Origin: a virus
Direction: 5' to 3' (one strand)
DNA length: 64,000 nt
IMG/VR virus record: IMGVR_UViG_3300045988_144682
Of this stretch, positions 28,077 to 37,433 are shown in pieces; within the stretch, counting starts at the first letter, position 1, and each line of letters starts with the position of its first letter. A model generated the notes under the pieces. It saw nothing but the letters and a program-made list of their open reading frames with translations. It was not told the origin of the DNA and did no database searches. The translations under genes were made by a program, and so were the position numbers.

Positions 28077-29252
28077 ATGGAGAACATGATGAGTGAATTA
28101 GATATGAACTGGGAAATTTTAGCGAATAAGGATTATGCATTTTTGACAGAAAGCCCCCTCTTAGGTAATAATATTCTTCTTTTGACTTTGGGCGGTTCTC
28201 ATGCATATGGAACGAATGTGGAAACGTCAGATATTGATGTTAGAGGAATTACTTATAATCCAGTTGATTCTCTGCTTGGGAACAGAGTTTTTGAGCAGTA
28301 CGAAGACGAAGCGACAGATACCGTTGTATATGGATTAAATAAAATGTTTAAGTTGTTATTGGAGTGTAACCCAAACACTATCGAGCAGCTTGGTTCTAAA
28401 CCAGAACATTATATTATTCTCAATGATGACGGTAAAAAGCTGATTGAAAACAGGAAAATCTTTCTTTCTAAAAGAGCGATTTATACTTTTGGCGGTTACG
28501 CAAATTCACAGTTACGCCGGTTGCAGAATGCGTTGGCAAGAGACAGTTATCCACAGGCAGAGAAAGAAAAACATATTCTTGGATCAATCAGAAGTGCAAT
28601 GAACAGTATTATTGAGAAATTCCATACAGTTAATGGAAAGTTGATTGAATATAATTTTGCCAATGACAATGGAAAAATGGTTCATGCATATAAGGAATAC
28701 AACCAAAAAATGCAAGAGATGGAACAGTTTAAGGACTTTGAGTATGGATCACTCAACCTTTACCCGGATAAATCCGATAGAGAGGGGATGGACGTTGAAA
28801 TCTATATGGACGCTTGCTTACATCATTATCCATTGAGAGATTACAAGGGTATCTGGAACGGTATGAATACTATCGTAAAAGATTACGAAAAACTGGGTAA
28901 GCGAAATACGAAGAAAGATGACATGCATCTTAATAAGCACGCACAACATTTAGTCAGACTGTATCTTATGTGTATTGACATTCTTACAAAAGAAGAAATC
29001 ATTACATATCGTGCCGATGAACATGATTTGCTTATGAGCATTAGAAATGGAGAGTTCCAGAAGCCGGAAGGTGGTTATCGCCCAGAATTCTTTGAACTGG
29101 TTGATGATTTGGAAAAGAAAATGAAAGATGCAGCAGAAAACACAAGTCTGCCGGATTGCCCAGATACAGAAGCAGCTTATGAAATGCTTGTGGAAATGAA
29201 CAAAAATCATATTCTGAAGATGGAGGATTATTATGACGGAAGCACATATTAA
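28077..29252 (+). CDS. Pol-beta-fold nucleotidyltransferase, RlaP-type (RNA-repair associated)
   Basis: 391 aa. LLLTLGGSHAYGTNVETSDIDVRGI is the GS..YG...SD.D signature of this nucleotidyltransferase family. Confidence 0.65.
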   Translation: MENMMSELDMNWEILANKDYAFLTESPLLGNNILLLTLGGSHAYGTNVETSDIDVRGITYNPVDSLLGNRVFEQYEDEATDTVVYGLNKMFKLLLECNPNTIEQLGSKPEHYIILNDDGKKLIENRKIFLSKRAIYTFGGYANSQLRRLQNALARDSYPQAEKEKHILGSIRSAMNSIIEKFHTVNGKLIEYNFANDNGKMVHAYKEYNQKMQEMEQFKDFEYGSLNLYPDKSDREGMDVEIYMDACLHHYPLRDYKGIWNGMNTIVKDYEKLGKRNTKKDDMHLNKHAQHLVRLYLMCIDILTKEEIITYRADEHDLLMSIRNGEFQKPEGGYRPEFFELVDDLEKKMKDAAENTSLPDCPDTEAAYEMLVEMNKNHILKMEDYYDGSTY

Positions 29253-29640
29253 AGAAGCAACAAAAATGTTAGGTTGGTTCTTCGATAGATGCGGTAAAGT
29301 TCCGCACTATAAGGGAATGATGTACGTGAAAAACGCCGATAACTTAAAGGTATTACTTGATTCTGTTGTTGGTCGGATTGAGAAAGAAAATTCACAGCAG
29401 ATTGAGAAAATCTATAATGAAGAAAATTCATATACGGTACATTTCAAGAACGGAAGTCATTTCTCTTTTGTGGTTGTTGATACAGTGGTAGTAGTTGGAG
29501 AACATTGCCATGTACTGTTTGTGGACAGTAAAATCAGAGAACTTGAATTGAGAAGCCTTGCGCCGGTAATTGATCCGTGTACAATGCCGGAAGGAAATGT
29601 AATGCTTAATCCGAAACCACTTTATTTGAGTATGGATTAA
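29233..29640 (+). CDS. hypothetical protein
   Basis: 135-aa ORF that overlaps the upstream gene end. Confidence 0.55.
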   Translation: MTEAHIKEATKMLGWFFDRCGKVPHYKGMMYVKNADNLKVLLDSVVGRIEKENSQQIEKIYNEENSYTVHFKNGSHFSFVVVDTVVVVGEHCHVLFVDSKIRELELRSLAPVIDPCTMPEGNVMLNPKPLYLSMD

Positions 29641-29650
29641 GGAGAAAGCA

Positions 29651-30001
29651 ATGCAGATAGATAGAATTAAATATACAATGAAACATAGAAAAGCGTTCCG
29701 AGCAGTTGAAAAACAATTGCTCGGACACAATACAATTCGTGGTTACTTGCACGACCTGGATAAAGTGTTTCTGTATATGATTATGGACTATAAGCGTGCC
29801 CATAAGACACATAGAAGCCATTCTAGACACCACACTTTGAAAGCAAGGACACATGCGGATTATGTACAAATGGTTATAGACTGGGAATGTGCCAGACTTA
29901 CAAAGCCGGACAAGCAGATGAATGCCAGAGAAACACTGGATAAGCTATATCCTGAGTTAAAAGATAAGGTTTTGCCGGTAATTGAAGAACTTGGATTATA
30001 A
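29651..30001 (+). CDS. hypothetical His-rich protein
   Basis: 116 aa with AAGGAGA RBS. Contains HDLDK...HKTHRSHSRHH. Confidence 0.55.
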   Translation: MQIDRIKYTMKHRKAFRAVEKQLLGHNTIRGYLHDLDKVFLYMIMDYKRAHKTHRSHSRHHTLKARTHADYVQMVIDWECARLTKPDKQMNARETLDKLYPELKDKVLPVIEELGL

Positions 30002-30092
30002 CCAGATAAAAAGTAAATTTTATTTAGAAATAAGTGCTATATATTGTATTTTGAGATAGTTATTATACCATATATAGTATATATGTGGAGGA

Positions 30093-31013
30093 ATGATTAT
30101 GGTATTACCGATTGTGGTAAATACAGATAGGAAAATTGCCATTGATAAATCAGAATATAATCATGGTATGGAAAATGGGTTATTTCTGACAGAAGATGGT
30201 TCGCTTGGCATAAAAAGAAAAAATGGTGAGTGTTTTGATTTGTACGGAAAAGAACTGAATGTATCTGGGGAGATGGGATATAAATGTTATGTAGAAGGTG
30301 GAATTAAAGGTATTGGTATTGAAGGTCAAACTAGAGAAAGTTGGTGTGGCGATAAAATGTCAACACATTCTGGATATGGAGTAATGACTATAACACGCCA
30401 ACAAGTAAATCCACCTACAGCATTGTTCGGTAGTTCAATTAAGCATGGAAATGTTATCAATGTTACTGTTTCTCATGCAGATTTAAAACGTGGAATAAAT
30501 CACGACTGGTATCATGCCAATGGAAGAATATGTGAAATTGAATTATCTTTATCTCAATTTGCAGATATGATTACATCTATTGGAAATGGCGATGGTGTTC
30601 CTTGTACTATCCATTTTACAGAACGTGACGGATATATTCCACAAATTGATTATGAAAGCAAGATTGAACAGCATCGTGGTGAATTCAAGGATCAGTTGTC
30701 AGATGTTAAAAGTTCGATTAAAAATGCGTATGATATAGCTGAAGAATTATTTTCATCGAAGAAAACATTGAATAAAGCAGATAAGCAGAAAATTTTAGAT
30801 GTATTGGCAAAAGCAAATAGAGATATTGGTTGCAATGCCGAATATGCTCTTGATTGTTTCAATGAACAGATGGAAAAATCAGTAACAGAAGCTAGAGGCG
30901 AAATCGAAGCATTTATGCAGAATCAGATTCAAAATATAGCAATGAAAGCTATTGGAACGAATGTTGATGAAAACGGATTGCCGGATTTCAATAAGATGAT
31001 TGCAATAGAATAG
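30093..31013 (+). CDS. hypothetical protein
   Basis: 306-aa ORF with GGAGGA RBS. Confidence 0.6.
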   Translation: MIMVLPIVVNTDRKIAIDKSEYNHGMENGLFLTEDGSLGIKRKNGECFDLYGKELNVSGEMGYKCYVEGGIKGIGIEGQTRESWCGDKMSTHSGYGVMTITRQQVNPPTALFGSSIKHGNVINVTVSHADLKRGINHDWYHANGRICEIELSLSQFADMITSIGNGDGVPCTIHFTERDGYIPQIDYESKIEQHRGEFKDQLSDVKSSIKNAYDIAEELFSSKKTLNKADKQKILDVLAKANRDIGCNAEYALDCFNEQMEKSVTEARGEIEAFMQNQIQNIAMKAIGTNVDENGLPDFNKMIAIE

Positions 31014-31020
31014 GAGAAAT

Positions 31021-31260
31021 ATGAGTGTAATAATTGGAAATAGAAATTATATAAGAAATGCAGTCATTGGAGATAATGGAGAATCTATACAAAATATTGA
31101 AAATGACGGAATTATTATTGATGGGAAAAAGATTCCACCATGCCCAACGCCGATGAACAACTGTACGATTATTGATAACCATGTATTCATAGATGGATAT
31201 GAATGGAAAAATAGTAAATGGAAGAAAACTCTCAGAGCTTTATATCATAAATATTTTTAA
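31021..31260 (+). CDS. hypothetical protein
   Basis: 79-aa ORF with AGGAGA RBS. Confidence 0.5.
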   Translation: MSVIIGNRNYIRNAVIGDNGESIQNIENDGIIIDGKKIPPCPTPMNNCTIIDNHVFIDGYEWKNSKWKKTLRALYHKYF

Positions 31261-31276
31261 CATGATGGAGGAAGAT

Positions 31277-31843
31277 ATGAATAAACCATATGATGTAGGA
31301 TTTATTTGCGGACGTTTCCAAACGTTCCACAAAGGACATGAAAAATTAGTTGAAACTGGGTTAATGCTTTGTGACAGACTTTTAATTTTTATTGGAAGTT
31401 CTCAGGAAGACGGAACAGAAAGAAATCCGTTCAACATTACAACCAGAGAAAAAATGTTAAAAGAGATATACGGTGGGCGTGACGATATCATGATTTACGG
31501 CTTACCAGACTTAACCACTGAAAATGATATTACTCCGGCGTGGGGAAGTTATCTACTGGATAAGGTAGACAGATATATTTATAAGAAGCCGGATATTATG
31601 ATTTATGGGAATGATGAGAGTAGATCTGCCTGGTTCTCCAAAGAAGACCTTAAAGGAATGACAGAGCTTATTATCAATCGTTCAGATTTGCCGATTTCTG
31701 CCACAATGGTAAGAGATTATATGGTTCACGATCAGAGAAAAGAATGGATGCAACTTGTAAATCCAAAACTTCATAAGATGTATGATGAATTGCGTATGCA
31801 GCTTATGTCCGTTGAATACTACAAAAAAGTAGCGGAGGTATAA
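31277..31843 (+). CDS. nicotinamide/nicotinate mononucleotide adenylyltransferase (NadM/NadR-type)
   Basis: ATG at 31277 after GGAGGA (the track ORF starts at 31193). GFICGRFQTFHKGHEKLV is the (H/T)xGH cytidylyltransferase-fold motif in the GRFQPFH form. C-terminal ISATMVR. Confidence 0.8.
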   Translation: MNKPYDVGFICGRFQTFHKGHEKLVETGLMLCDRLLIFIGSSQEDGTERNPFNITTREKMLKEIYGGRDDIMIYGLPDLTTENDITPAWGSYLLDKVDRYIYKKPDIMIYGNDESRSAWFSKEDLKGMTELIINRSDLPISATMVRDYMVHDQRKEWMQLVNPKLHKMYDELRMQLMSVEYYKKVAEV

Positions 31844-31845
31844 AA

Positions 31846-32250
31846 TTGAAAATTTGTCAAAAATTTCATTTAAAACAGATGTATCATGAGATAACATTTT
31901 ATGCTTATGATATAGAGAAGATTGAGAAAATAACACCATATAATTTATCAAGGATATATGTGCCGGAATGCGCAGATAGAGCCAATAAAAGGTGTGATTT
32001 TTGGAAAGTAAAAGAGGTTTGTTGTCAATGTTGCGCTCCGCATTTACAAGAATTACTTTTAGATGGTTGGTATGTAGGGGATAAAAATGGATTTTTGACA
32101 GATGATTCATATTATGCTCTGTTACAGACAGGGATTAGAGTTCCCGTAAATAAAGAAATATATAGGGAATGGAAAAAAGGTTGGTCTTCCAAACCATCAA
32201 CACAAGATGATAAAGTGTATGAGTTAGGAGTAGATTATGAAAAGAAATAG
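31846..32250 (+). CDS. hypothetical Cys-rich protein
   Basis: TTG start after GGAGG. 134 aa. Confidence 0.5.
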   Translation: MKICQKFHLKQMYHEITFYAYDIEKIEKITPYNLSRIYVPECADRANKRCDFWKVKEVCCQCCAPHLQELLLDGWYVGDKNGFLTDDSYYALLQTGIRVPVNKEIYREWKKGWSSKPSTQDDKVYELGVDYEKK

Positions 32251-32527
32251 CCAGTTTTGGCATTTGAAATTTGCCGATGATTACGATAAATCAAAGGAAA
32301 CATTCCGGGAATACAGATGTAATCATGAGTTATATTACGACCATGACAAGAAAATGTGGGTACATCGTGCAGAATATACAGGCAGTTGGTATCCAGCAAC
32401 ATTCCCTTGTGGAAGTTATAAAGCTGCATTACGACATTTGAGAAAGCATGATGAGATACCAAAGGGTACACGATTTGTTTTAGTTAGTCGTTTTGTTGGT
32501 GGTGATAGAGTTTTAATGAAGAGGTAG
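32237..32527 (+). CDS. hypothetical protein
   Basis: 96-aa ORF with AGGAG RBS. Confidence 0.55.
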   Translation: MKRNSQFWHLKFADDYDKSKETFREYRCNHELYYDHDKKMWVHRAEYTGSWYPATFPCGSYKAALRHLRKHDEIPKGTRFVLVSRFVGGDRVLMKR

Positions 32528-32530
32528 AAC

Positions 32531-32902
32531 ATGAGAACGAATGATATTTTATTAGACGGATTTAATGATATCCGCACACTTCAAAGATATCTTTATATGT
32601 CAGATGAACATTATATTGAGATAGAAAATGTTATTGGAGTGAAACTGAGAATTAGAATGGGAGAAAACTTACATTATTATTGTAAGAACATGAATTTCCC
32701 AGATTTGCCAGATGCATGTTTTTCGGAATCAATGACGAATAAAACTATGTTAGGTATTATTGACCAGTTGAAAGAGAATCCGGCAACTGAATATCCAAAC
32801 AGTTTTAAGAATAGATGGGATGAGATAGTATCAATAACATCTGCAAACGTAGCTCAGAACGAATATAAATGGGCGAATGGAAGATACAGAGGGAGTGTGT
32901 AA
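32531..32902 (+). CDS. hypothetical protein
   Basis: 123-aa ORF. Confidence 0.55.
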   Translation: MRTNDILLDGFNDIRTLQRYLYMSDEHYIEIENVIGVKLRIRMGENLHYYCKNMNFPDLPDACFSESMTNKTMLGIIDQLKENPATEYPNSFKNRWDEIVSITSANVAQNEYKWANGRYRGSV

Positions 32903-32903
32903 G

Positions 32904-34136
32904 ATGAAAGACATCAAAATGCCAGAAAATGTAAAAATGATTCTTGATAAATTATCAAGTGAAGGGCATGAAGCTGTTATAATTGGTGGTTGCGTGCGTG
33001 ATTCTATCATGGGGATCGAACCGCATGATTGGGATATTGCCACATCTGCCCAACCAGAAGAAATAATGGAATGTTTCAAGAGATATAATCTAATGAAAGC
33101 TGGATTAAAACATGGGACAGTAACCGTTATTATTGACCATGAGCCGTATGAAATCACTACTTACAGAATTGATGGGGAGTATTCAGATCATCGAAGACCT
33201 GATTCTGTTGATTTTACATGTGATTTAGCAGAAGACATTATGCGCCGGGATTTCACAATCAATGCTATCGCATATGACGGAGAAAATATTATTGACTTGC
33301 ATGATGGTATTGGAGATTTGCAGAAAGGGATTATCCGTTGTGTTGGTAATGCAAATACAAGATTCAGAGAAGATCCGCTTAGAATTCTCCGGGCGATTCG
33401 ATTTGCTGCACGATTTGGCTTTGAGATTGAAGAATTAACTAAAAAAGCAATGTTTGATAATTGTGATATGTTGCGACTCATTGCAACGGAGAGAAGACAG
33501 AGTGAATTTACAAAAACACTTTGCAGTGAGCATGTCAGTATCATCAAGGATTATGCTAAAATACTGAAATATGGTTTACCATGTATTGACAGCATTAAGG
33601 ATTTTGATAAGGCAGTACGTGCAATAGAAATGTGCCAGGATATCAGTGAAAAATTGGCAATTTTGATTGACGGATTATCATTATCAGAGTATAATAAAGC
33701 TGTTAAAGCAATTTTGACAGGAATGAGATATCCGAATAAAGTAATTGTATCTGTTCAAAATATTTTTGCTGCAAAGAAAATGGTAATTACTAACTCAGAT
33801 GCGTGTATCAAAAATATGTTGTACAAGTTTTCACTGGAAGATGTGAAACATATTTTAAGATATAAACACGCTAAAATAAATGCAAGTGATAATATAAATA
33901 AAGAAACACTTGAAAAAGTAGAGGATATGATTGAACGTGCAGAAGAATTGGCTGAATCAGATGAATGCTACAACTTAAAAGGTCTTGCAATTAACGGAAA
34001 TGATTTAAAACGCCTGGGAGTGAAAGATCTTGACATTAAGTGGATGTTAGATGGACTGTTAAAATTAGTAACCACAAATCAAGTAGAAAATTCGAGGGAC
34101 GTATTGATCGAGGTGGCAAAAATTTCCATGTTATAA
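32904..34136 (+). CDS. cca: CCA-adding tRNA nucleotidyltransferase
   Basis: ATG at 32904 after GAGGGAG. IIGGCVRDSIMG..PHDWDIAT (head domain), TYR.DG.Y.DHR, RRDFTINA, DPLRILRAIRFAARF. Confidence 0.88.
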   Translation: MKDIKMPENVKMILDKLSSEGHEAVIIGGCVRDSIMGIEPHDWDIATSAQPEEIMECFKRYNLMKAGLKHGTVTVIIDHEPYEITTYRIDGEYSDHRRPDSVDFTCDLAEDIMRRDFTINAIAYDGENIIDLHDGIGDLQKGIIRCVGNANTRFREDPLRILRAIRFAARFGFEIEELTKKAMFDNCDMLRLIATERRQSEFTKTLCSEHVSIIKDYAKILKYGLPCIDSIKDFDKAVRAIEMCQDISEKLAILIDGLSLSEYNKAVKAILTGMRYPNKVIVSVQNIFAAKKMVITNSDACIKNMLYKFSLEDVKHILRYKHAKINASDNINKETLEKVEDMIERAEELAESDECYNLKGLAINGNDLKRLGVKDLDIKWMLDGLLKLVTTNQVENSRDVLIEVAKISML

Positions 34137-34151
34137 TTTGGTTTATTATTA

Positions 34152-34180
34152 TTGACTTTAGTAAGGTTGATATGTATAAT
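34152..34180 (+). promoter_or_regulatory. sigA-type promoter
   Basis: TTGACT at 34152-34157, 17-nt spacer, TATAAT at 34175-34180. Confidence 0.55.
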
Positions 34181-34240
34181 AAGAACATACGTTCTAAGTG
34201 GAACTTTCGCTACCTGGATGTCGGAAAGGGGAAAAAGATA

Positions 34241-34528
34241 ATGTTTTTTATTTACGAAAAGAATGAGTACCATGTAAATGTGAAAGATGAATTTGCAAAA
34301 GCTACGTCTGGTGATTATATAGACATGCTTGATGCATTTGGCATTGTGTTACATAGTTTATCTGACAATCCAGAATTCGGCAATTCTACTGTTATGTTAA
34401 TGATGTATAATAATGGAAGAATTACCATTGAAATTGTTGATGCAAAGGAAGATGATTGTGAAATCATTGATCCAACATACACACAGGAGGAATATAGAGA
34501 AATAGAAGAATATTTAAAACTCGAATAA
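34241..34528 (+). CDS. hypothetical protein
   Basis: ATG at 34241 lies downstream of the 34152 promoter. 95 aa. The track ORF extends upstream into the cca 3' end. Confidence 0.5.
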   Translation: MFFIYEKNEYHVNVKDEFAKATSGDYIDMLDAFGIVLHSLSDNPEFGNSTVMLMMYNNGRITIEIVDAKEDDCEIIDPTYTQEEYREIEEYLKLE

Positions 34529-34573
34529 TTGAATATCTACTATCAGATAAAAATAAAGTATTACCGGAAAAAC

Positions 34574-34602
34574 TTGACATCTCTGTTTTCTGGTGGTATT
34601 AT
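34574..34602 (+). promoter_or_regulatory. sigA-type promoter
   Basis: TTGACA at 34574-34579, 17-nt spacer, TGgTATTAT at 34594-34602. Confidence 0.6.
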
Positions 34603-34638
34603 TAAAGTACAAACAAAATATGGAAAGGGGACGCACAT

Positions 34639-35958
34639 ATGAAAGCATCTGATAGTAGAGAGCATCTAATTACTAAAATTGAGAATTTAGTTTTAAACTC
34701 AAGTCCAGATAAAATAAACAAAATTGAAGAAGAAGTTAGACATGACGGTAAAATCTCATTAGGCAGTTTTCTTAGAATAGTATCAGGGAGAGCCGATTTA
34801 GATGAACTGAGTGATGCCGAATTATATTGGCTGACTTTTGCCATATCTAAAGTATCAAAAAATTTTGGTGTGCCGGAAGATTATTTTGAAGACGTAGAAA
34901 TTCAGAATTATAAATATTATGATCCACAAACAGATAATAATAAAAAAATTGGTTATCCGTTAGTTTTTAGAAATGTTTCAAAATTGGCAGATAATCAGTA
35001 TATGTTTCCATTAAGTGTCAGAGAAATTAAAGAATTAAAGAGTGCAAATCTTTTGCAAATTATTCCAGAGCTGCAGCGTAACCACAAAAAGGATAAATAT
35101 GGAGATTTAAAAACAAAGGTTAATCGCCAAACAGCGCAACAGATTTCTAATCTTATCAATGAGGGAAGTTTTTTCTATAACGGAATTCGTTTCAATTTAA
35201 TGGATGACGGTGATAGTGATATTCCAGTTTATGACGAAGAAGCAAAAACATTAACTGTTTCAAATGGTATTATTATCGTTCCAGATGGAAACCATAGAAC
35301 AATAAGTTGTGAATTAGCAAATAAACATTTAGATGATTGTTTTGGTGTATTTTTCACATATTTCTCACCACAGAAGACGAGAGAATTGCTTAATCAGGAA
35401 TGGACAACAGTGCCGATTCCGAAACGACACAGAGAGGCGATGAAGCCTACAGTTGCAAATAAGATTGTAGATTCAATTATGAGAAGCAGTGATGCCGATG
35501 AAATCTATGTAAAAGGTATCGTGAAAGATGGAATGGAACTCCGGGCAAATAATGGATTCATTCTTTATATTGAATTGGCAACGGCAATTTCAAGATACTA
35601 TGATACAGATAATCTTACATTCAAAGCACAGCAAGATGAATTGAGAGACTGGCTGATTACTTACATGAATTATCTTACAATGTTATTGCACGATGATTTT
35701 ATGAATTATAAGAAAGCGAAGAGAACCTCTTGGTCTGTACACTATATGGCATGGCATTATTATATAATGATTAGCAGATATATAAAAGGCGATGACAACT
35801 GGCGTGAAGAGCTAAAGAGAATTATAGCTGAAACCGACTTTTCAGATCAAGAAATTAGAGAATTCTTTGTTAAAAATAATCGCAGGAAAGTATATGAATT
35901 CTGCAATGAGAAGGAGGAACAGTTATGTACAACTCTGAACAAAAACAAACTTTCTTAA
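34639..35958 (+). CDS. ParB/sulfiredoxin-fold protein of the DGQHR (DndB-like) type
   Basis: 439 aa. The central IIIVPDGNHRTISCELA follows a QR-containing segment (IPELQRNHK), resembling the DGQHR-domain layout. Confidence 0.4.
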   Translation: MKASDSREHLITKIENLVLNSSPDKINKIEEEVRHDGKISLGSFLRIVSGRADLDELSDAELYWLTFAISKVSKNFGVPEDYFEDVEIQNYKYYDPQTDNNKKIGYPLVFRNVSKLADNQYMFPLSVREIKELKSANLLQIIPELQRNHKKDKYGDLKTKVNRQTAQQISNLINEGSFFYNGIRFNLMDDGDSDIPVYDEEAKTLTVSNGIIIVPDGNHRTISCELANKHLDDCFGVFFTYFSPQKTRELLNQEWTTVPIPKRHREAMKPTVANKIVDSIMRSSDADEIYVKGIVKDGMELRANNGFILYIELATAISRYYDTDNLTFKAQQDELRDWLITYMNYLTMLLHDDFMNYKKAKRTSWSVHYMAWHYYIMISRYIKGDDNWREELKRIIAETDFSDQEIREFFVKNNRRKVYEFCNEKEEQLCTTLNKNKLS

Positions 35959-36893
35959 ATACTATTACAAATGATAATTCATATAGATCATTCCAAAGAG
36001 TTTTCAAAGCTGTACAGGATATGGAAGAAAAATTTGGAAAAGATATTTGTGAGATGAATGTTGATGAACTTCTAACTGTTCTGGATTTCAAAACGGGAGT
36101 GCGAATTACAAATACCGAACAAACAATGAGCTTATTGCGTTCATATGTTGATTGGTGTATTCAAAATGGTAAGACAACTAGCGAAAATAATTTTGATAAA
36201 ATCAGTTCTTCCGAAGTAGATAAGACTAGAACTTGTCGGGCGAGATATGTCAAATCGCCGGTAGAATTTGAGGAAATGATTAAAATTGCATTTGGTATGA
36301 ATGTTGATTACAATGAAAGCACTGAAATACCAAACGAGTTAATGGTAAGGTTATGTTATGTTGGCTTAGAGAATGAAGAGATTGTACTTTTAGAAAAGGC
36401 TAATGTAGATTACGAAGCAAAGACGATTAAAAGCCCACTTTATGATTGCGTTTATCATGTTTCCGATAGGATTCTGAAACTTTGTAAATTTTGTGCGGAG
36501 CAAGAAGAAGTATTGCTTATGGCGAAGTTCGGTATGCGAAAAGAAAGAGTATGCAGCAACAAGTATTTATTTAGAAATCGACTTGGTACATTACGTGGAA
36601 AATCTGAAGATTCTCCACTGAATAAATTAGTTATCCCTAGAAAAGTAAAGGCATTTAGCGATGCGTATGTTGAAAGTACAGGAAATTATAAAGCTATATC
36701 TTGTGATAAATTACGTGAGAGCAAGATGCTTTATAATATCTATGAATCTGGTGAAACTTTTGATGTGTATTTTAACCAAGTAATTCTTCCAGATATTAAA
36801 ATGCGCAACCCGGAATATACAGAGCGGAAAATCCAGGAGAGAAGACGTATTCTCAAAGGTATGTATGATTTATATAAGGAAACTTTCTATTAA
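35925..36893 (+). CDS. hypothetical protein
   Basis: 322-aa ORF with GGAGGA RBS that overlaps the upstream gene by 34 nt. The N-terminus looks like a SAM-like core-binding fold, but no RHRY catalytic set was found. Confidence 0.55.
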   Translation: MYNSEQKQTFLNTITNDNSYRSFQRVFKAVQDMEEKFGKDICEMNVDELLTVLDFKTGVRITNTEQTMSLLRSYVDWCIQNGKTTSENNFDKISSSEVDKTRTCRARYVKSPVEFEEMIKIAFGMNVDYNESTEIPNELMVRLCYVGLENEEIVLLEKANVDYEAKTIKSPLYDCVYHVSDRILKLCKFCAEQEEVLLMAKFGMRKERVCSNKYLFRNRLGTLRGKSEDSPLNKLVIPRKVKAFSDAYVESTGNYKAISCDKLRESKMLYNIYESGETFDVYFNQVILPDIKMRNPEYTERKIQERRRILKGMYDLYKETFY

Positions 36894-36970
36894 GGAAAGG
36901 CGAGACTGGGATCTCGCCAAAACCTTGCGATAAACAACCGAAAATAAATGAAAAAACTTTTAAAAACCTA

Positions 36971-36998
36971 TTGACATTTTCCTGAAATATGGTATTAT
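36971..36998 (+). promoter_or_regulatory. sigA-type promoter driving the RNA array
   Basis: TTGACA at 36971-36976, 16-nt spacer, TGgTATTAT at 36990-36998. Confidence 0.6.
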
Positions 36999-37024
36999 AT
37001 AATTGTTCAAAGGAACAGAGAAAA

Positions 37025-37082
37025 ACACTGGAAAAGCTAATAAGGTAGCTTAAGAAAATAGGTTCGATTCCTAATCCATGTG
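37025..37082 (+). ncRNA. D-armless mini tRNA-like element (unit 0)
   Basis: Hand fold. Acceptor ACA(C)TGGA/TCCATGT has one bulge. Single hairpin AAGCT-AATAAGGT-AGCTT. T arm (A)TAGG-TTCGATT-CCTA(A). Confidence 0.35.
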
Positions 37083-37085
37083 ATC

Positions 37086-37152
37086 GACATTTCGGGGCTT
37101 ATCTCCGTGAAAAAGTTGTGTTTGTTTGTAGAACGGACAACTCCGAAATGTC
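37086..37152 (+). ncRNA. long imperfect hairpin RNA
   Basis: GACATTTCGGGG at 37086-37097 pairs with CTCCGAAATGTC at 37141-37152. An inner TCCGT/ACGGA helix is present. Confidence 0.35.
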
Positions 37153-37186
37153 TTTAAAAATAATATAAACAAGCAATAATAAATGA

Positions 37187-37304
37187 GCTGATGTAGTTCA
37201 ACTGGTAGAACATTTGATTATGAAAAATGCACTTCGTACAATAAGTGCTAACAGCAATAGCAAAGCCACTCAAACAGTTGTTGGTTCGAGTCCAACCGTC
37301 AGCA
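37187..37304 (+). tRNA. tRNA-scaffold gene with 52-nt anticodon-loop region (unit A)
   Basis: Acceptor GCTGATG/CGTCAGC. D arm GTTC-AACTGGTA-GAAC. Stem TTTGA (37213-17) / TCAAA (37270-74). Variable CAGTT. T arm GTTGG-TTCGAGT-CCAAC. The insert holds hairpin GCACTT/AAGTGC followed by ACAGCAAT (37251-58). Confidence 0.55.
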
Positions 37305-37425
37305 TTCGGCAGAAATGCCATAAATGTATGAGAAAGACACATGCAGCAAATTCAAAAGGATAAAGCAAAACTCTACAAGTTTAGTGAAGTGGTTCAAATC
37401 CACAAAAATGAAGTGTCTTGAAAAT
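37305..37425 (+). ncRNA. structured RNA, paralog of the 40246-40330 element (unit B)
   Basis: CAGAAATGCC (37310-19). AAGACAC (37334-40) followed by AT-GCAGCAAAT. An AAACT-CTACA-AGTTT hairpin. T-arm-like GTGG-TTCAAAT-CCAC. GTGTCTT (37413-19) is complementary to AAGACAC. Confidence 0.4.
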
Positions 37426-37433
37426 GTGAATAT

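Noticed and set aside
36899-36918. GGCGAGA-CTGGGA-TCTCGCC hairpin after the 35925 gene as a terminator
   Set aside because: The 7-bp stem is followed by AAAACC rather than a U-tract, so the evidence is too weak.
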